A stretch of DNA of 34,094 nucleotides from an uncultured virus (IMG/VR IMGVR_UViG_3300029305_009617) (lineage: Duplodnaviria > Heunggongvirae > Uroviricota > Caudoviricetes): the IMG/VR virus record IMGVR_UViG_3300029305_009617; one strand, written 5' to 3'. The notes beneath the pieces are model-generated. The model did no database searches. It worked only from the letters and a program-made list of their open reading frames with translations, and was not told the DNA's origin. Shown here piece by piece: positions 17,289 through 27,047 of the stretch; positions within the stretch are counted from its first letter, which is position 1, and each line of letters starts with the position of its first letter. The position numbers were made by a program, and so were the translations under genes.

Positions 17289-17409
17289 TGCAACGCAAAG
17301 TATTTATAATTATTTGGAAATTCTTTTTCATAACTTATTGCATTTCATATGTACAATTCGAATAATTAAAAGTAAGAGATATATTCTGAAAAATCTGGAG
17401 GAGGTAAAA

Positions 17410-18576
17410 ATGGCAAATTATCATATCTTGTTTGGTTTTAGGCAGGAAGAACTGGAATTAAAAATTGTAAACATAATTAAAAAAAAGGGGCATGATGTAA
17501 TTTATGCAGAGAGGGATAGTAAAGAAAGCATCAGGGCCTATCTTAGTGAACATAAAGACTGTGCTTGTGCAGTTCTTAGAGAAGGCATGGGAGAAGAAGC
17601 TTATTCTGCTGAAGATTTTGCGGAGCTTACAGACGAAAGGGATATTAATATCGTTGCTATTGTAGAAGGAATACATAAGGGAACGGATTATATGCAGACT
17701 CTTTATGGGGCAGGAATTACGAGTGCTATTTTGGTCTCAGATAAAGTAGGAGCTTTCCCGGCAGACATTGCCCGGTTGCTGATGGAAAAGAGGACTAGGA
17801 AACAAGCCCGGAAAACATATGGAATCATAGGAAATAAGATTAAGCTGGATGTAATTACGTATGAGACATATGTGCATTATTATACAAAGCTTGTAAATAT
17901 GGAAGAGGGTATCAATATTGTAGATAGGTATTTATCCATTGTAAAAGAGTTATCTGTTAAACAGGCGGCTGATTTCACAAAAAAACTGCCACTGGAACTT
18001 CGCCGGGAATTAACAAAGTATGAAGAATTTCATATTGTTTTAGACAGTATGAGGCGACAAGGAATTCCTGTGAATATTAAAAAGCCAGCAGATGTAAGAA
18101 AAGGGCTTACCGATGAGGAATTTATGCGTGCGATAGGGAAACGCCAGGCAAAAGCGAAAAAGGTGTCGGCGCAGATAATTGTGCCAGAAGTAGATGAGAA
18201 ACAGGCTGTTGCGGATAAAAAATCAGGAAGTGGTAAAACAAAAACGGATAAATCTGTGGCAACTGGATTGACTGCAGAGGCAGAAGAAAATGTATTTTTT
18301 CAGGAACAGGAGGAAAAAGAGAATTCTTCAACTGAGATAAATGCTTCTGAAAACAATGCAGTTAGGGAAGTTTCGCCGGTAGAGAAAAAACCAACTTCAA
18401 TCAAAAATGAGTTGCCAAAACAGACAGTAAAAAAGAAGGAGACTTCGAAACCCATAAAAAGGGATATGAGCAAAAAAGAAAAAAAGAATGGCATACGATG
18501 GAAATATATATTAATAACATTTTTCGCAGGCCTTATCGTTTTGGGTTTGTGGTATGTTCTTTTGATGTATCTTTGA
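17410..18576 (+). CDS. Hypothetical protein: receiver-like alpha/beta N-terminus, charged linker, C-terminal TM anchor
   Basis: GGAGGAGG RBS before ATG 17410. The C-terminus is a hydrophobic helix. Confidence 0.75.
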   Translation: MANYHILFGFRQEELELKIVNIIKKKGHDVIYAERDSKESIRAYLSEHKDCACAVLREGMGEEAYSAEDFAELTDERDINIVAIVEGIHKGTDYMQTLYGAGITSAILVSDKVGAFPADIARLLMEKRTRKQARKTYGIIGNKIKLDVITYETYVHYYTKLVNMEEGINIVDRYLSIVKELSVKQAADFTKKLPLELRRELTKYEEFHIVLDSMRRQGIPVNIKKPADVRKGLTDEEFMRAIGKRQAKAKKVSAQIIVPEVDEKQAVADKKSGSGKTKTDKSVATGLTAEAEENVFFQEQEEKENSSTEINASENNAVREVSPVEKKPTSIKNELPKQTVKKKETSKPIKRDMSKKEKKNGIRWKYILITFFAGLIVLGLWYVLLMYL

Positions 18577-18685
18577 TTTTTGTATAGTCATGTACAAGTG
18601 TAAGGCCAGATATTGTATAACTATTTATTGTATATACAACATTTGTTATTCTTCGCAGTTTTTTTAAAAAAATTTGTAAATTTTA

Positions 18686-18714
18686 TTGATTTTTGTAAAT
18701 AATTAAAGTATAGT
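18686..18714 (+). promoter_or_regulatory. Putative SigA promoter
   Basis: TTGATT-17-TATAGT in a 270-bp intergenic region. Confidence 0.45.
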
Positions 18715-18843
18715 CAGTATCGAAGAACAAAAACGACATATAATATACAAAACCAATCAAAAGATTGGGTTTTTTTTAACAGTAATGAAATACAAAAACA
18801 ATATAAATAATACATAATCAAAAAACATAAGAGGAAATGCCAA

Positions 18844-19260
18844 ATGGAACGACAAAATTATAACGGTCATTGCAGGCAAAAAATATCTATGGGGCAAATG
18901 AGGACAGTTAATGAACAGGTTAATCAACTGCCTCCGATAGGAACAGAAGTTGTAGTTTATGAAAATGTACTGCTAACAGAAAGACAAAAAAGAAAATTTA
19001 GGAAAACGGCGCAATATATGCCTTCAGACAGTTATTTTGATGCTCATGATCATCCACGTACATGGATCATAGACAGGTATACAGGTGGAATTGATAATCC
19101 ACTGGATAAAAAAAACTGGGTGCAGCTTGTTAACAGTGAAAATAAGTATATTACATTTAGGAGTTCTATCAGAACCGTATTAATTGCTACGGGACATTTT
19201 AAGCTGGTACCAATAAGTAAGAGTGTTGATATACAGGAGGTATCGTATGTTAAAGATTAA
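18844..19260 (+). CDS. Hypothetical protein (138 aa)
   Basis: RBS AGAGG. Overlaps the next start. Confidence 0.7.
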   Translation: MERQNYNGHCRQKISMGQMRTVNEQVNQLPPIGTEVVVYENVLLTERQKRKFRKTAQYMPSDSYFDAHDHPRTWIIDRYTGGIDNPLDKKNWVQLVNSENKYITFRSSIRTVLIATGHFKLVPISKSVDIQEVSYVKD

Positions 19261-19675
19261 AAAGGCAGTTTTGCTAATGCTCCTGCTATTACTGGCGACT
19301 GTTATGTGTTCTGGATGTATGACCCCTGCGGAGATTTATGAAAAATCAAAAAAATATGAGGCAACGGATGAACAGCTTAAAGCATTAGCAGAAGGAAAAT
19401 TAACAGTAAGTTATGATAAAGAAAGCTTTGATTCCTATATTGATTATTTAAAATATTTGGCGGCAAGTTACATTACGTCAGGCAGCCAGAGTATAAAACA
19501 ATATGCAGTTCCATTAGGCTCAACAAGTATTGCGATTGGTCTTGTGTTGATGGGTCTAGGGAAAAGGTCCATGAGGATTAGAAAATTTGCATTGTTTGTA
19601 TTTGTAATAGGAATTCCCGCATTTATTATATGTCTTATTTATGCAGCAGCTTTTTTAGCAGATGCAGCATCGTAG
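19247..19675 (+). CDS. Putative lipoprotein with two C-terminal TM helices (VirB2/TrbC-pilin-like C-terminus possible)
   Basis: AGGAGG RBS, signal peptide with lipobox-like CSGC, and two hydrophobic segments separated by a basic loop. Confidence 0.55.
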   Translation: MLKIKKAVLLMLLLLLATVMCSGCMTPAEIYEKSKKYEATDEQLKALAEGKLTVSYDKESFDSYIDYLKYLAASYITSGSQSIKQYAVPLGSTSIAIGLVLMGLGKRSMRIRKFALFVFVIGIPAFIICLIYAAAFLADAAS

Positions 19676-19689
19676 AAGGAGAAAAGTAT

Positions 19690-20637
19690 ATGAGTAAATT
19701 ATTAAACAAGTATAATGAACGGTTTGTAAATTCTTTGTCAGGAGATGGAAAATCTGTCATGCCTGAAATAATGGATAAATTCTTTCAATATCGTAAAGCA
19801 TTAGAAGAAGGAACAACAATAGAAGTTTTTTTTGATTTTGCGGATAATGAAGGCAATTTGTCATTAAAAGATAAAAATGGAATTATGATTTGTCTAAGAA
19901 GTGAAGAATTTAAAAAGACAAACCGGTTCTATTCTGAAAAGAAAAAAGCTAATTTTATTGGAATTGCTTTAGAGGTAAAAGTTACGGAGATTGACACAAA
20001 GAATGACTTGGTTTATGTAAAAAGCGCTGTTGGAACAGAAAACATTCGTGGTGCTTTTATAAGTGAAATTTGCAAGGAATTAAAAAAAGGAAATCATCCG
20101 GTTTTATCAGGAACAGTTCTTTTTGTAAACGATAACCGTGTAATTGTAAATATTTTGAATCAAAGCATTTTGGGAATTATCAATGCGAAAGATTGGAGGC
20201 CTACCTATACTAGATTTTTATCTAAAGTTGCAAAAAAAGATGATGTTGTTCAATTTGCAGTTATGGAATTGCCAGAGAGAAAGAAAGGAAAAGATATTTC
20301 CTTTATTTGTTCAAGACGTGAAATAATGACATCTCCATGGGATGCAATAGAGGATATTGACGTTGGCAGCGTTATAACCGTAAAGTGCATTGATAAACCA
20401 AAAGACAAACTCTATTTCTGGGGATTTTCCAGTCGTTTGCCGGAAATTGACGTAATGTGTGACTATAATTCGAACTTAGAAATACTGACAGGTGTTTATT
20501 ATAAATGTAAGGTGCGTACATTTGATAAAGAAGAAAAGAAACTGCAGGTAGTTCCATTTGCAGTAATGCCAATGGGTATAGGAACGGTAGAAAATATTGA
20601 ATTTTTAACCAAGAAACGCAAGAAGAAAGAGGTGTAA
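19690..20637 (+). CDS. Multi-S1/OB-fold-like protein
   Basis: Repeated beta-rich units ('IGIALEVKVTEID...VYVKS', 'GTVLFVND..VIVNI...GII', 'DIDVGSVITVKC'). Confidence 0.55.
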   Translation: MSKLLNKYNERFVNSLSGDGKSVMPEIMDKFFQYRKALEEGTTIEVFFDFADNEGNLSLKDKNGIMICLRSEEFKKTNRFYSEKKKANFIGIALEVKVTEIDTKNDLVYVKSAVGTENIRGAFISEICKELKKGNHPVLSGTVLFVNDNRVIVNILNQSILGIINAKDWRPTYTRFLSKVAKKDDVVQFAVMELPERKKGKDISFICSRREIMTSPWDAIEDIDVGSVITVKCIDKPKDKLYFWGFSSRLPEIDVMCDYNSNLEILTGVYYKCKVRTFDKEEKKLQVVPFAVMPMGIGTVENIEFLTKKRKKKEV

Positions 20638-20640
20638 TCA

Positions 20641-21663
20641 ATGAGTGCTGCAGAACAAGGGCGCCACGTATTGAGATTTAAAACAAAATTAGGTGGACTG
20701 GTGAGGCATTTTATCTATTCAGAAAATGCCATTGATTCGTATGAACGTTTTTACAACTATGTGGAGCAGGATGTAAAACTGTTACGCTTTGCCAATAATG
20801 TGGTTGGTTTTTACTCAGATTCATTTATTCTTTATGCGGTTGCAAGTCTGGGAATTTGTGATGAGGCATCGATTTCTACATTTTTAAAAGCAATTGCAGC
20901 GAAAAACCGGGAATTACAAATTATGGATTTTTCGAATAAGGAGTATTTAAAGAAGCGGTTGTATGCCTTATATAAGAATGGTTTTTTATTTAAGCATGTA
21001 TATAAACAGGTATATTATTATGATGCACTTGAAAAAGAACAGGACGAAAATGTTTCTTTATATTCCATGGATGCAGACAGCATAAAGTTTTTGAACCAGC
21101 ATCTGGATAAGCACATCGGAATAAACACATGGATTCAGGCTAAACCGTTAAATGAATTAATTGGGTGGGCATGTGCTTCTTACGTTGGAAGTAAAATTGC
21201 CACAAATTCTGCTTTTATCAGCTTTAAAGAGGGTAATTTTTTGAGTAAACCGTTAGGAAGACTGTTTGTACCTTGTGAATTAAAGATGCATACGGATGAT
21301 GACTATTATGTTGTTGTTACATACAGCTATATGTATCAGGATAAAAGAATCCTTACAGAACAGGAGTTTAAAGAGAACTGCCTTCGAAAAATTAATGTCC
21401 TGCTAAATTATATTAATATACGTCAGCGAGGAAACAAGAACGCCTGCGCTGTTGTGGCAGTGCAGGACGCAAAAGATTTGGATACATATGTTGATTGGGT
21501 TGTTAATTCCGAGGTGCTGGTACCTCATTTGGATAAAATTTTCTTCACTGGCGAGGGTGTTGTAAAAAATGATACTTTTTCTATGTTGCAAGTACAAATA
21601 AAGGGAAATACGCCTTCTCTTGTAGAGGTTGAGCCTTATTTTTTAGCACACGCATCAGAATGA
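20641..21663 (+). CDS. wHTH plus nuclease-like-fold protein (Replic_Relax-like architecture)
   Basis: 'YLKKRLYALYKNGFLFKH...YSM' wing motif followed by an alpha/beta C-terminal domain. Coupled to the S1-like gene. Confidence 0.4.
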   Translation: MSAAEQGRHVLRFKTKLGGLVRHFIYSENAIDSYERFYNYVEQDVKLLRFANNVVGFYSDSFILYAVASLGICDEASISTFLKAIAAKNRELQIMDFSNKEYLKKRLYALYKNGFLFKHVYKQVYYYDALEKEQDENVSLYSMDADSIKFLNQHLDKHIGINTWIQAKPLNELIGWACASYVGSKIATNSAFISFKEGNFLSKPLGRLFVPCELKMHTDDDYYVVVTYSYMYQDKRILTEQEFKENCLRKINVLLNYINIRQRGNKNACAVVAVQDAKDLDTYVDWVVNSEVLVPHLDKIFFTGEGVVKNDTFSMLQVQIKGNTPSLVEVEPYFLAHASE

Positions 21664-22397
21664 TAGGTGGTAGCCATTTTCTGCTTAAGGTTTACGCTGG
21701 CTGCATCGATTAATGCAAGGTATTCAGCAAAATCATGGTAGGCTGCAATAGGTTTGTTTTTTGATGTAATGTGTTCTTCAATCATAACAAGGGAACTGTT
21801 TACATTATCTTTTACAGTTAATAAGTAGTTAAGCGGAATGTCATCAAGAAGCGGCATTTTTTTTCCAGGCATTTCGATATCCAGATTAGGAATGCCTAGA
21901 AATTCCCATGTTTCTTCTACAGAATTATGGCATAATCTCCGACGAAGTTTTTTAATATCTCGGTCTTTAAGATATTGCCGGTAGTAATAAGTTTTTTTCA
22001 AATGAGTTGCATTAATGGTATCGATGTTAAGTGTTTTGCAAGCTCTTCTTAAAGAACCTATAAACATAGAATAGCTGTAATTTTTTGGAAAAACTAAGTC
22101 GTCGTCTTTTTTTCCTTGTATGTATTTGGAAAGTTGTTCTTTTAGAAAGGGAGATATTATTTCTTTTCGAGTAATAGGTTTTTCGAGGTTATACCCTTTA
22201 TGCGGCACTTCGATGATATCTTTGTTTTTTACATCAATTACTTTAAATTGTAAAAGATGTGTATACTGAGCGCCGGTTTCGATGATAAGCCAGAATAGAA
22301 GATAGTCCTCTATTCTGTAATCGGCTAATGTCTGTCCGATTTGATGTAATAATGTATCATCAGTTATAGCAGTGATTTTTTTCGACAGATACGGCAT
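21636..22397 (-). CDS. Tyrosine recombinase-fold protein lacking catalytic residues
   Basis: Aligns by eye to small XerC-like integrases: DYLLF...ETGAQ (TGxR), ATHLKKTYYY (THTLRKTFGY), LCHNSVEETWEFLG (LNHSS...TLRYIG). RBS AGAGGTG before ATG 22397. Confidence 0.75.
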   Translation of the reverse strand: MPYLSKKITAITDDTLLHQIGQTLADYRIEDYLLFWLIIETGAQYTHLLQFKVIDVKNKDIIEVPHKGYNLEKPITRKEIISPFLKEQLSKYIQGKKDDDLVFPKNYSYSMFIGSLRRACKTLNIDTINATHLKKTYYYRQYLKDRDIKKLRRRLCHNSVEETWEFLGIPNLDIEMPGKKMPLLDDIPLNYLLTVKDNVNSSLVMIEEHITSKNKPIAAYHDFAEYLALIDAASVNLKQKMATTYHSDACAKK

Positions 22398-22498
22398 TTT
22401 CAACACCTCTTTAATGGTATTTTTTGGAAATTATTATAAATTATTTTGCAAATATATTCAATAGAAAACCCTGTTAAAAAGGGGAAAGGGTATTTGGA

Positions 22499-23521
22499 AT
22501 GAAAAATTATAAAATATATGGATTATGGATATGCATAAGTTTTTGCATTGTTTTTTTTATACTCTCTAGAATTGCAGGGAATGTAGACGATGGAAAACCA
22601 TCACCAATTGCATATCCAGATAGTGAGTTGAGTGATGATCTGTTTGTAAGTCAAAACATAGACTATGTCGAGAATGAAAGTCTGACAGAGACCTATGGTT
22701 TTATGGATGTTCCTTTTGTTATTGATTTGCATGATGGTAAGACTGCAGATATTGAGGAGGGGCATCTTGTTTATACAGATGAGGGAATCACTTTTTTTTC
22801 AACACAAGTAGAAAAAGGTGAAAACATACATGATGCTATATTAGAGCAATATCCAGCTGCTGTGAATATGCATTATTCAAAAAAAGCATCGTATATTCAA
22901 ACGGCTATGACAGATACAGGCTATATAAATGGTTTTTATGCAACTTACTTCATAGACCACTTGCTCGTATCTACCGGAGTGCAGATTGATGCGAAAAATG
23001 CATATGTTGTAGGTTATATTATTGACCCTGGTGTGGAATATGATTATTACATTGTTCTGAGTTTTGCTACAACTATAGAATCCAGTGAGGCATTAAGTAT
23101 ATGTAAGGAATTACTTGATTTGGTGACAGTTACGCTTCGCTATGATGATGACTTAGATAGGGAGCAGATACGAAAGCGGGAAGATGCTCTGGAAGAGGCT
23201 TTACGTGCCGCAAAAAATGAGGATAACAACGTTGTTTCGTATTCCGGATATGAAAACAATATAGCGGATAGTAGAAATGTTGAGGTTATAGTACCTAATG
23301 ATTTTAGGAATATGGCCTGTCTTATAACATGGACTAATGCGTGCTCAGATTATGAGATTTCATTTTTCAATGAGTTTAATACAAGAATGGGAAAAGTTTC
23401 CACAAAAGGAACAACGCAAGCCCTTATTGAAGTAGGTGAAGTAAAAAAAGGAATTTATTATTTGGAGTGTTCGCATTATGGAAGTTGCGGTGACATTAAT
23501 ATTAAATTGATTGAAAATTAG
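22499..23521 (+). CDS. Membrane-anchored extracellular protein, paralogue A
   Basis: N-terminal TM. Shares YPDS and GYxNx[FY]xAxY motifs with 23533. Beta-sandwich-like C-terminus. Confidence 0.75.
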   Translation: MKNYKIYGLWICISFCIVFFILSRIAGNVDDGKPSPIAYPDSELSDDLFVSQNIDYVENESLTETYGFMDVPFVIDLHDGKTADIEEGHLVYTDEGITFFSTQVEKGENIHDAILEQYPAAVNMHYSKKASYIQTAMTDTGYINGFYATYFIDHLLVSTGVQIDAKNAYVVGYIIDPGVEYDYYIVLSFATTIESSEALSICKELLDLVTVTLRYDDDLDREQIRKREDALEEALRAAKNEDNNVVSYSGYENNIADSRNVEVIVPNDFRNMACLITWTNACSDYEISFFNEFNTRMGKVSTKGTTQALIEVGEVKKGIYYLECSHYGSCGDINIKLIEN

Positions 23522-23532
23522 GGGATGTAGAT

Positions 23533-24696
23533 ATGCGTAATAAAAAAAGTAAAAAAGAACAGGCTAAACAGAAACTGAAAAATAATCTTAAAACAGGGCT
23601 GGTTATATTTAGTCTTGTAGTACTGGTTGTTGTTTCTGCATTTACAGTTTCGTTTTATATGTACACATCTGGAAGTGAAGAAGTAGTGTATCCGGATTCT
23701 CCATTAACAAAGATTATGGATGAACCTTATTTTTATGTAGAAGATGAATCCCTAAATATTTCAATTCAATGTCCTACGATACCCGTTATTTTATCAGTCG
23801 GGGGCATAGAGCGAGCTTACAATGATGTAGGATGTGTGTTTCGTTATAATGAGGATTTGTCTATATCAGTTTATGAAGTATCGGCTACAGCATACGATAT
23901 TCTATCTACGAACTTTGCACTTGATTTATACAACGGGGTAGTGAGTGGAGAAACTGCATATATTCCATGTACTGATATGTTTGATGTTGGTTATTTTAAC
24001 AGCTATCCGGCGGAATATCAGTGTGGCTACGTTAACATTTGTGAAGAAGATGGTATTACAATATACAACCAGATCTATGTACTTTCATTAGTGCTTGATA
24101 TGGGTTTTGATAAAAATCTGATGATTACTGTTTCAAGTGCAAATGATAAAGCACTATATGATGCAGAGATTCTTCTTGAAAGTGTTGCATATACCGTAGT
24201 GGATGCATCATTAACCTTAAATTATGAAGGTGAAGATGTTTTAGTTCAAGATGCAGTTAAGATGATTGATAATACTTCTATTGAAGAACCTATCATATCG
24301 GAGCAGCCTTCGGACACGGAGATATTGGAAGAATCGTTTATTGATATTATGGTTCCTATTATGGAAGAAATAGATGGACGTGGATATGTGGTGTTGCAGT
24401 ATACAAATATGGATACGGATATTTCTGATATATATTTATATGAACCGGATAAAGCCACTTTTTATGAAAACAGCTCTATTATGAAGGGCGTATTAGTATA
24501 TTGCATGGATAATCCGGCAAAGGGAAACTGGTCAGTTCGATTGCCGGCGGGTATCGATTTAGGAACATATACAACTATTGTATATACAAAAGATGAATTT
24601 GCATCCAGTATATATCCTTCAGCGCTTCCAAGCGCTGAAGATGATTTAAATGAGTCGTCTGAGGCAGGGGAAGTATCATTAGAGGATGCACAGTAG
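23533..24696 (+). CDS. Membrane-anchored extracellular protein, paralogue B
   Basis: N-terminal TM, YPDS, GYFNSYPAEY. C-terminal domain resembles 27048. Confidence 0.75.
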   Translation: MRNKKSKKEQAKQKLKNNLKTGLVIFSLVVLVVVSAFTVSFYMYTSGSEEVVYPDSPLTKIMDEPYFYVEDESLNISIQCPTIPVILSVGGIERAYNDVGCVFRYNEDLSISVYEVSATAYDILSTNFALDLYNGVVSGETAYIPCTDMFDVGYFNSYPAEYQCGYVNICEEDGITIYNQIYVLSLVLDMGFDKNLMITVSSANDKALYDAEILLESVAYTVVDASLTLNYEGEDVLVQDAVKMIDNTSIEEPIISEQPSDTEILEESFIDIMVPIMEEIDGRGYVVLQYTNMDTDISDIYLYEPDKATFYENSSIMKGVLVYCMDNPAKGNWSVRLPAGIDLGTYTTIVYTKDEFASSIYPSALPSAEDDLNESSEAGEVSLEDAQ

Positions 24697-24724
24697 TTTT
24701 ATTTAGACGGAGTGAGCGTAATAT

Positions 24725-27046
24725 ATGGCAAAGGGGTTTGGGCAGTCTCCTTATCAAGGACCAGATGCAGATGGTGGAGCGCAGTCGGCATTGAACAATT
24801 TAATAGGTGTAGCTGCGGATAAATTGCTTTTTGCAAAATTGAGGGCTAAGATTGCGCAGGTTGTTATAAAGTTTTTGATAAAACTTTTATTTGTTTTATT
24901 AAAAATCATATTAATTGTCTGTTTAGTGCTGTTAGTATTAGGGATCATTGTTTTAATCATTAATATGATGATTAAAGGACCTGCTTTGGTTTTTGCTGAA
25001 ACAAAGGCAGCGCTTAGTACTATTTCAAGTGACGGACTTTTTTTTGATGAAGAAACTGCAGAACACCGGGTTGAAAATTTTGACGAAGCAAATTTTGAAG
25101 ATAAAGAATGGTACTACACCTATGATGAAGAAACAGGGGAAATGATGTTTCGTTATATAGATTCAGAGGGTATTATTCAAGAAAAAACACAGGATGAGTT
25201 TTTTGTAGAAGCATATGCCGTATGGATGCTGTTTAAAGACAAAACTATAGATGGTTCTGATTCTGATATGGTATTACTTGATGATTCAGATGTGGAGAAA
25301 ATATTTGATAATATCATTGAAGCAGAAGAAAAAAGAAAGGAATCTGCAACAAAAAAATACCAATGGATATATAAAATTTATGATTATGTGTATTCCGAAG
25401 AGGAAGTATATGATGAAGAAGAAGGTTGGATTACAGAAACCGTAAGGAGCGATGCTCCGGAATGGCAGCCAGATGATGTATGGGATGATACGCAGATGTG
25501 GCACTGGTACGATGAATGGGATGAAGTGGAATTATATCGTAAAGACATCGAAGGGGAACTGGACACTTATACCTATGTAAAAGAAACAGAAGATGGACAA
25601 TCTGTGGCTACGACGATTGAAACACCACGTTTCATGGTTCATTGGCAGTCTGTACTGACAGCATGCCAGATGGTAAGTACTGCAAACTATGATAATTGGA
25701 ATGAAACAGGGGATGAAGTAACAGGCGACCTTAATATCATAGAATACGGGGATATTGATGGTTACTATTTAACAAATGAAACAGTTAATAAGGTAGTAGA
25801 AGCCTTCGATTATGATTTTGAATTTTATTATGATGGAAGTGAGTTTGAACGCTCTTACCGTTATACAGAAATGGAGGATATTGCCTATCGTTTAGAAATT
25901 CGATATATGGAAGAGGTTACGAGTGCACCGGATACGGCTTATATTATTAAAACACCAGCAACTGCACCAAAGAAAATTTCTAATTTATTTGAAACCTATA
26001 CATATATTTATGAACCGGTAGAGGCTAATTTTGGAAATTTAACCTGTGTTGGGCGTACTAAAAACGTAGATGCAGTCGCATTTGTTGAGTTTATGAAATC
26101 ATACTGTCCGGAGTTTGATTTTGATGAATTTATAGAAATTGTTGAGAGTTATCCATCTTCTTATGGAGAGGTTCAAAAATTTAAAAAATTGAAAGCTATT
26201 TATGAATGGCAATTGGAAACAGGCTATCCATATTTCACAGAAGAGTACCGGTTTCCTTGTTTTTCAAATGGTGTAATTATAGGCTCTAATGTTGATGTGA
26301 GTGGAAGAGAAGAACCGGGACCGCCGTACTGGGATGATATACCAGGTGGCGATGATGACGAGGATTATCTGGGCGAATATGATTATGTTTACGTAAGTAA
26401 CGGATGGTATGCGGTAAGTGAAGCTGCTCGAAAAGACTTAACTCAGTCTGATAATCTGTCAAAAGACCAAATTTATAAGCTATTGGAATGGTTTTCTTTA
26501 AAATATGGAAATCCGGAAGGTTGCGAACTGACTGATGCTACGGATGCGGTATACAACTGGCAACAAAGCGAAGGAGGAAGCGTCACGGCTGTATTTGGCA
26601 TATTTATGCAGGAAGGGGCTATGACAACACAAAACGGATTAAAACATTGGAACTTTGGAAATTTTACAGCGGCAAGCGGAGATAAAAGCTTTAAAAGCAG
26701 TCCCAAAAGTAAATATAACTGGGCAGATTTTAGGGCGATGTATCCAGATGTGGGGTCTGCAATAGCAGAGCAGCTTTCAAGAATCAGTAGAAATTATTGG
26801 GGAAGAGGGCAGAATTCTTTTTTTGCCATGAGTTGGAAAACGTTAGGTGGTGTATATGATGCACAGACGCCGGAAGAAGCTGCTGTACAAGACCATCCAG
26901 GATATTTTTCGCATTGCTATTGTCCATATTGGGAGGACAGCGCCTTTCGTGTTACACAGGAGAAAGTTCCGGATCCTGCGTATGGCGGTTGGAGTAATAA
27001 ATGTGCGTTGTATATGGAATCACTAAAAAGTGTTGCGGGTGGTTAA
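24725..27046 (+). CDS. Large acidic membrane-anchored protein with C-terminal lysozyme/glucosaminidase-like domain (VirB1-like)
   Basis: N-terminal TM. 'AVFGIFMQEG...HWNFGN...WADF' resembles GH73/lysozyme-fold motifs. Conjugative context. Confidence 0.55.
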   Translation: MAKGFGQSPYQGPDADGGAQSALNNLIGVAADKLLFAKLRAKIAQVVIKFLIKLLFVLLKIILIVCLVLLVLGIIVLIINMMIKGPALVFAETKAALSTISSDGLFFDEETAEHRVENFDEANFEDKEWYYTYDEETGEMMFRYIDSEGIIQEKTQDEFFVEAYAVWMLFKDKTIDGSDSDMVLLDDSDVEKIFDNIIEAEEKRKESATKKYQWIYKIYDYVYSEEEVYDEEEGWITETVRSDAPEWQPDDVWDDTQMWHWYDEWDEVELYRKDIEGELDTYTYVKETEDGQSVATTIETPRFMVHWQSVLTACQMVSTANYDNWNETGDEVTGDLNIIEYGDIDGYYLTNETVNKVVEAFDYDFEFYYDGSEFERSYRYTEMEDIAYRLEIRYMEEVTSAPDTAYIIKTPATAPKKISNLFETYTYIYEPVEANFGNLTCVGRTKNVDAVAFVEFMKSYCPEFDFDEFIEIVESYPSSYGEVQKFKKLKAIYEWQLETGYPYFTEEYRFPCFSNGVIIGSNVDVSGREEPGPPYWDDIPGGDDDEDYLGEYDYVYVSNGWYAVSEAARKDLTQSDNLSKDQIYKLLEWFSLKYGNPEGCELTDATDAVYNWQQSEGGSVTAVFGIFMQEGAMTTQNGLKHWNFGNFTAASGDKSFKSSPKSKYNWADFRAMYPDVGSAIAEQLSRISRNYWGRGQNSFFAMSWKTLGGVYDAQTPEEAAVQDHPGYFSHCYCPYWEDSAFRVTQEKVPDPAYGGWSNKCALYMESLKSVAGG

Positions 27047-27047
27047 T

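Noticed and set aside
21636..22397. Element integrase marking an att boundary
   Set aside because: Catalytic residues are absent, the gene is internal, and no tRNA or att repeat is seen.
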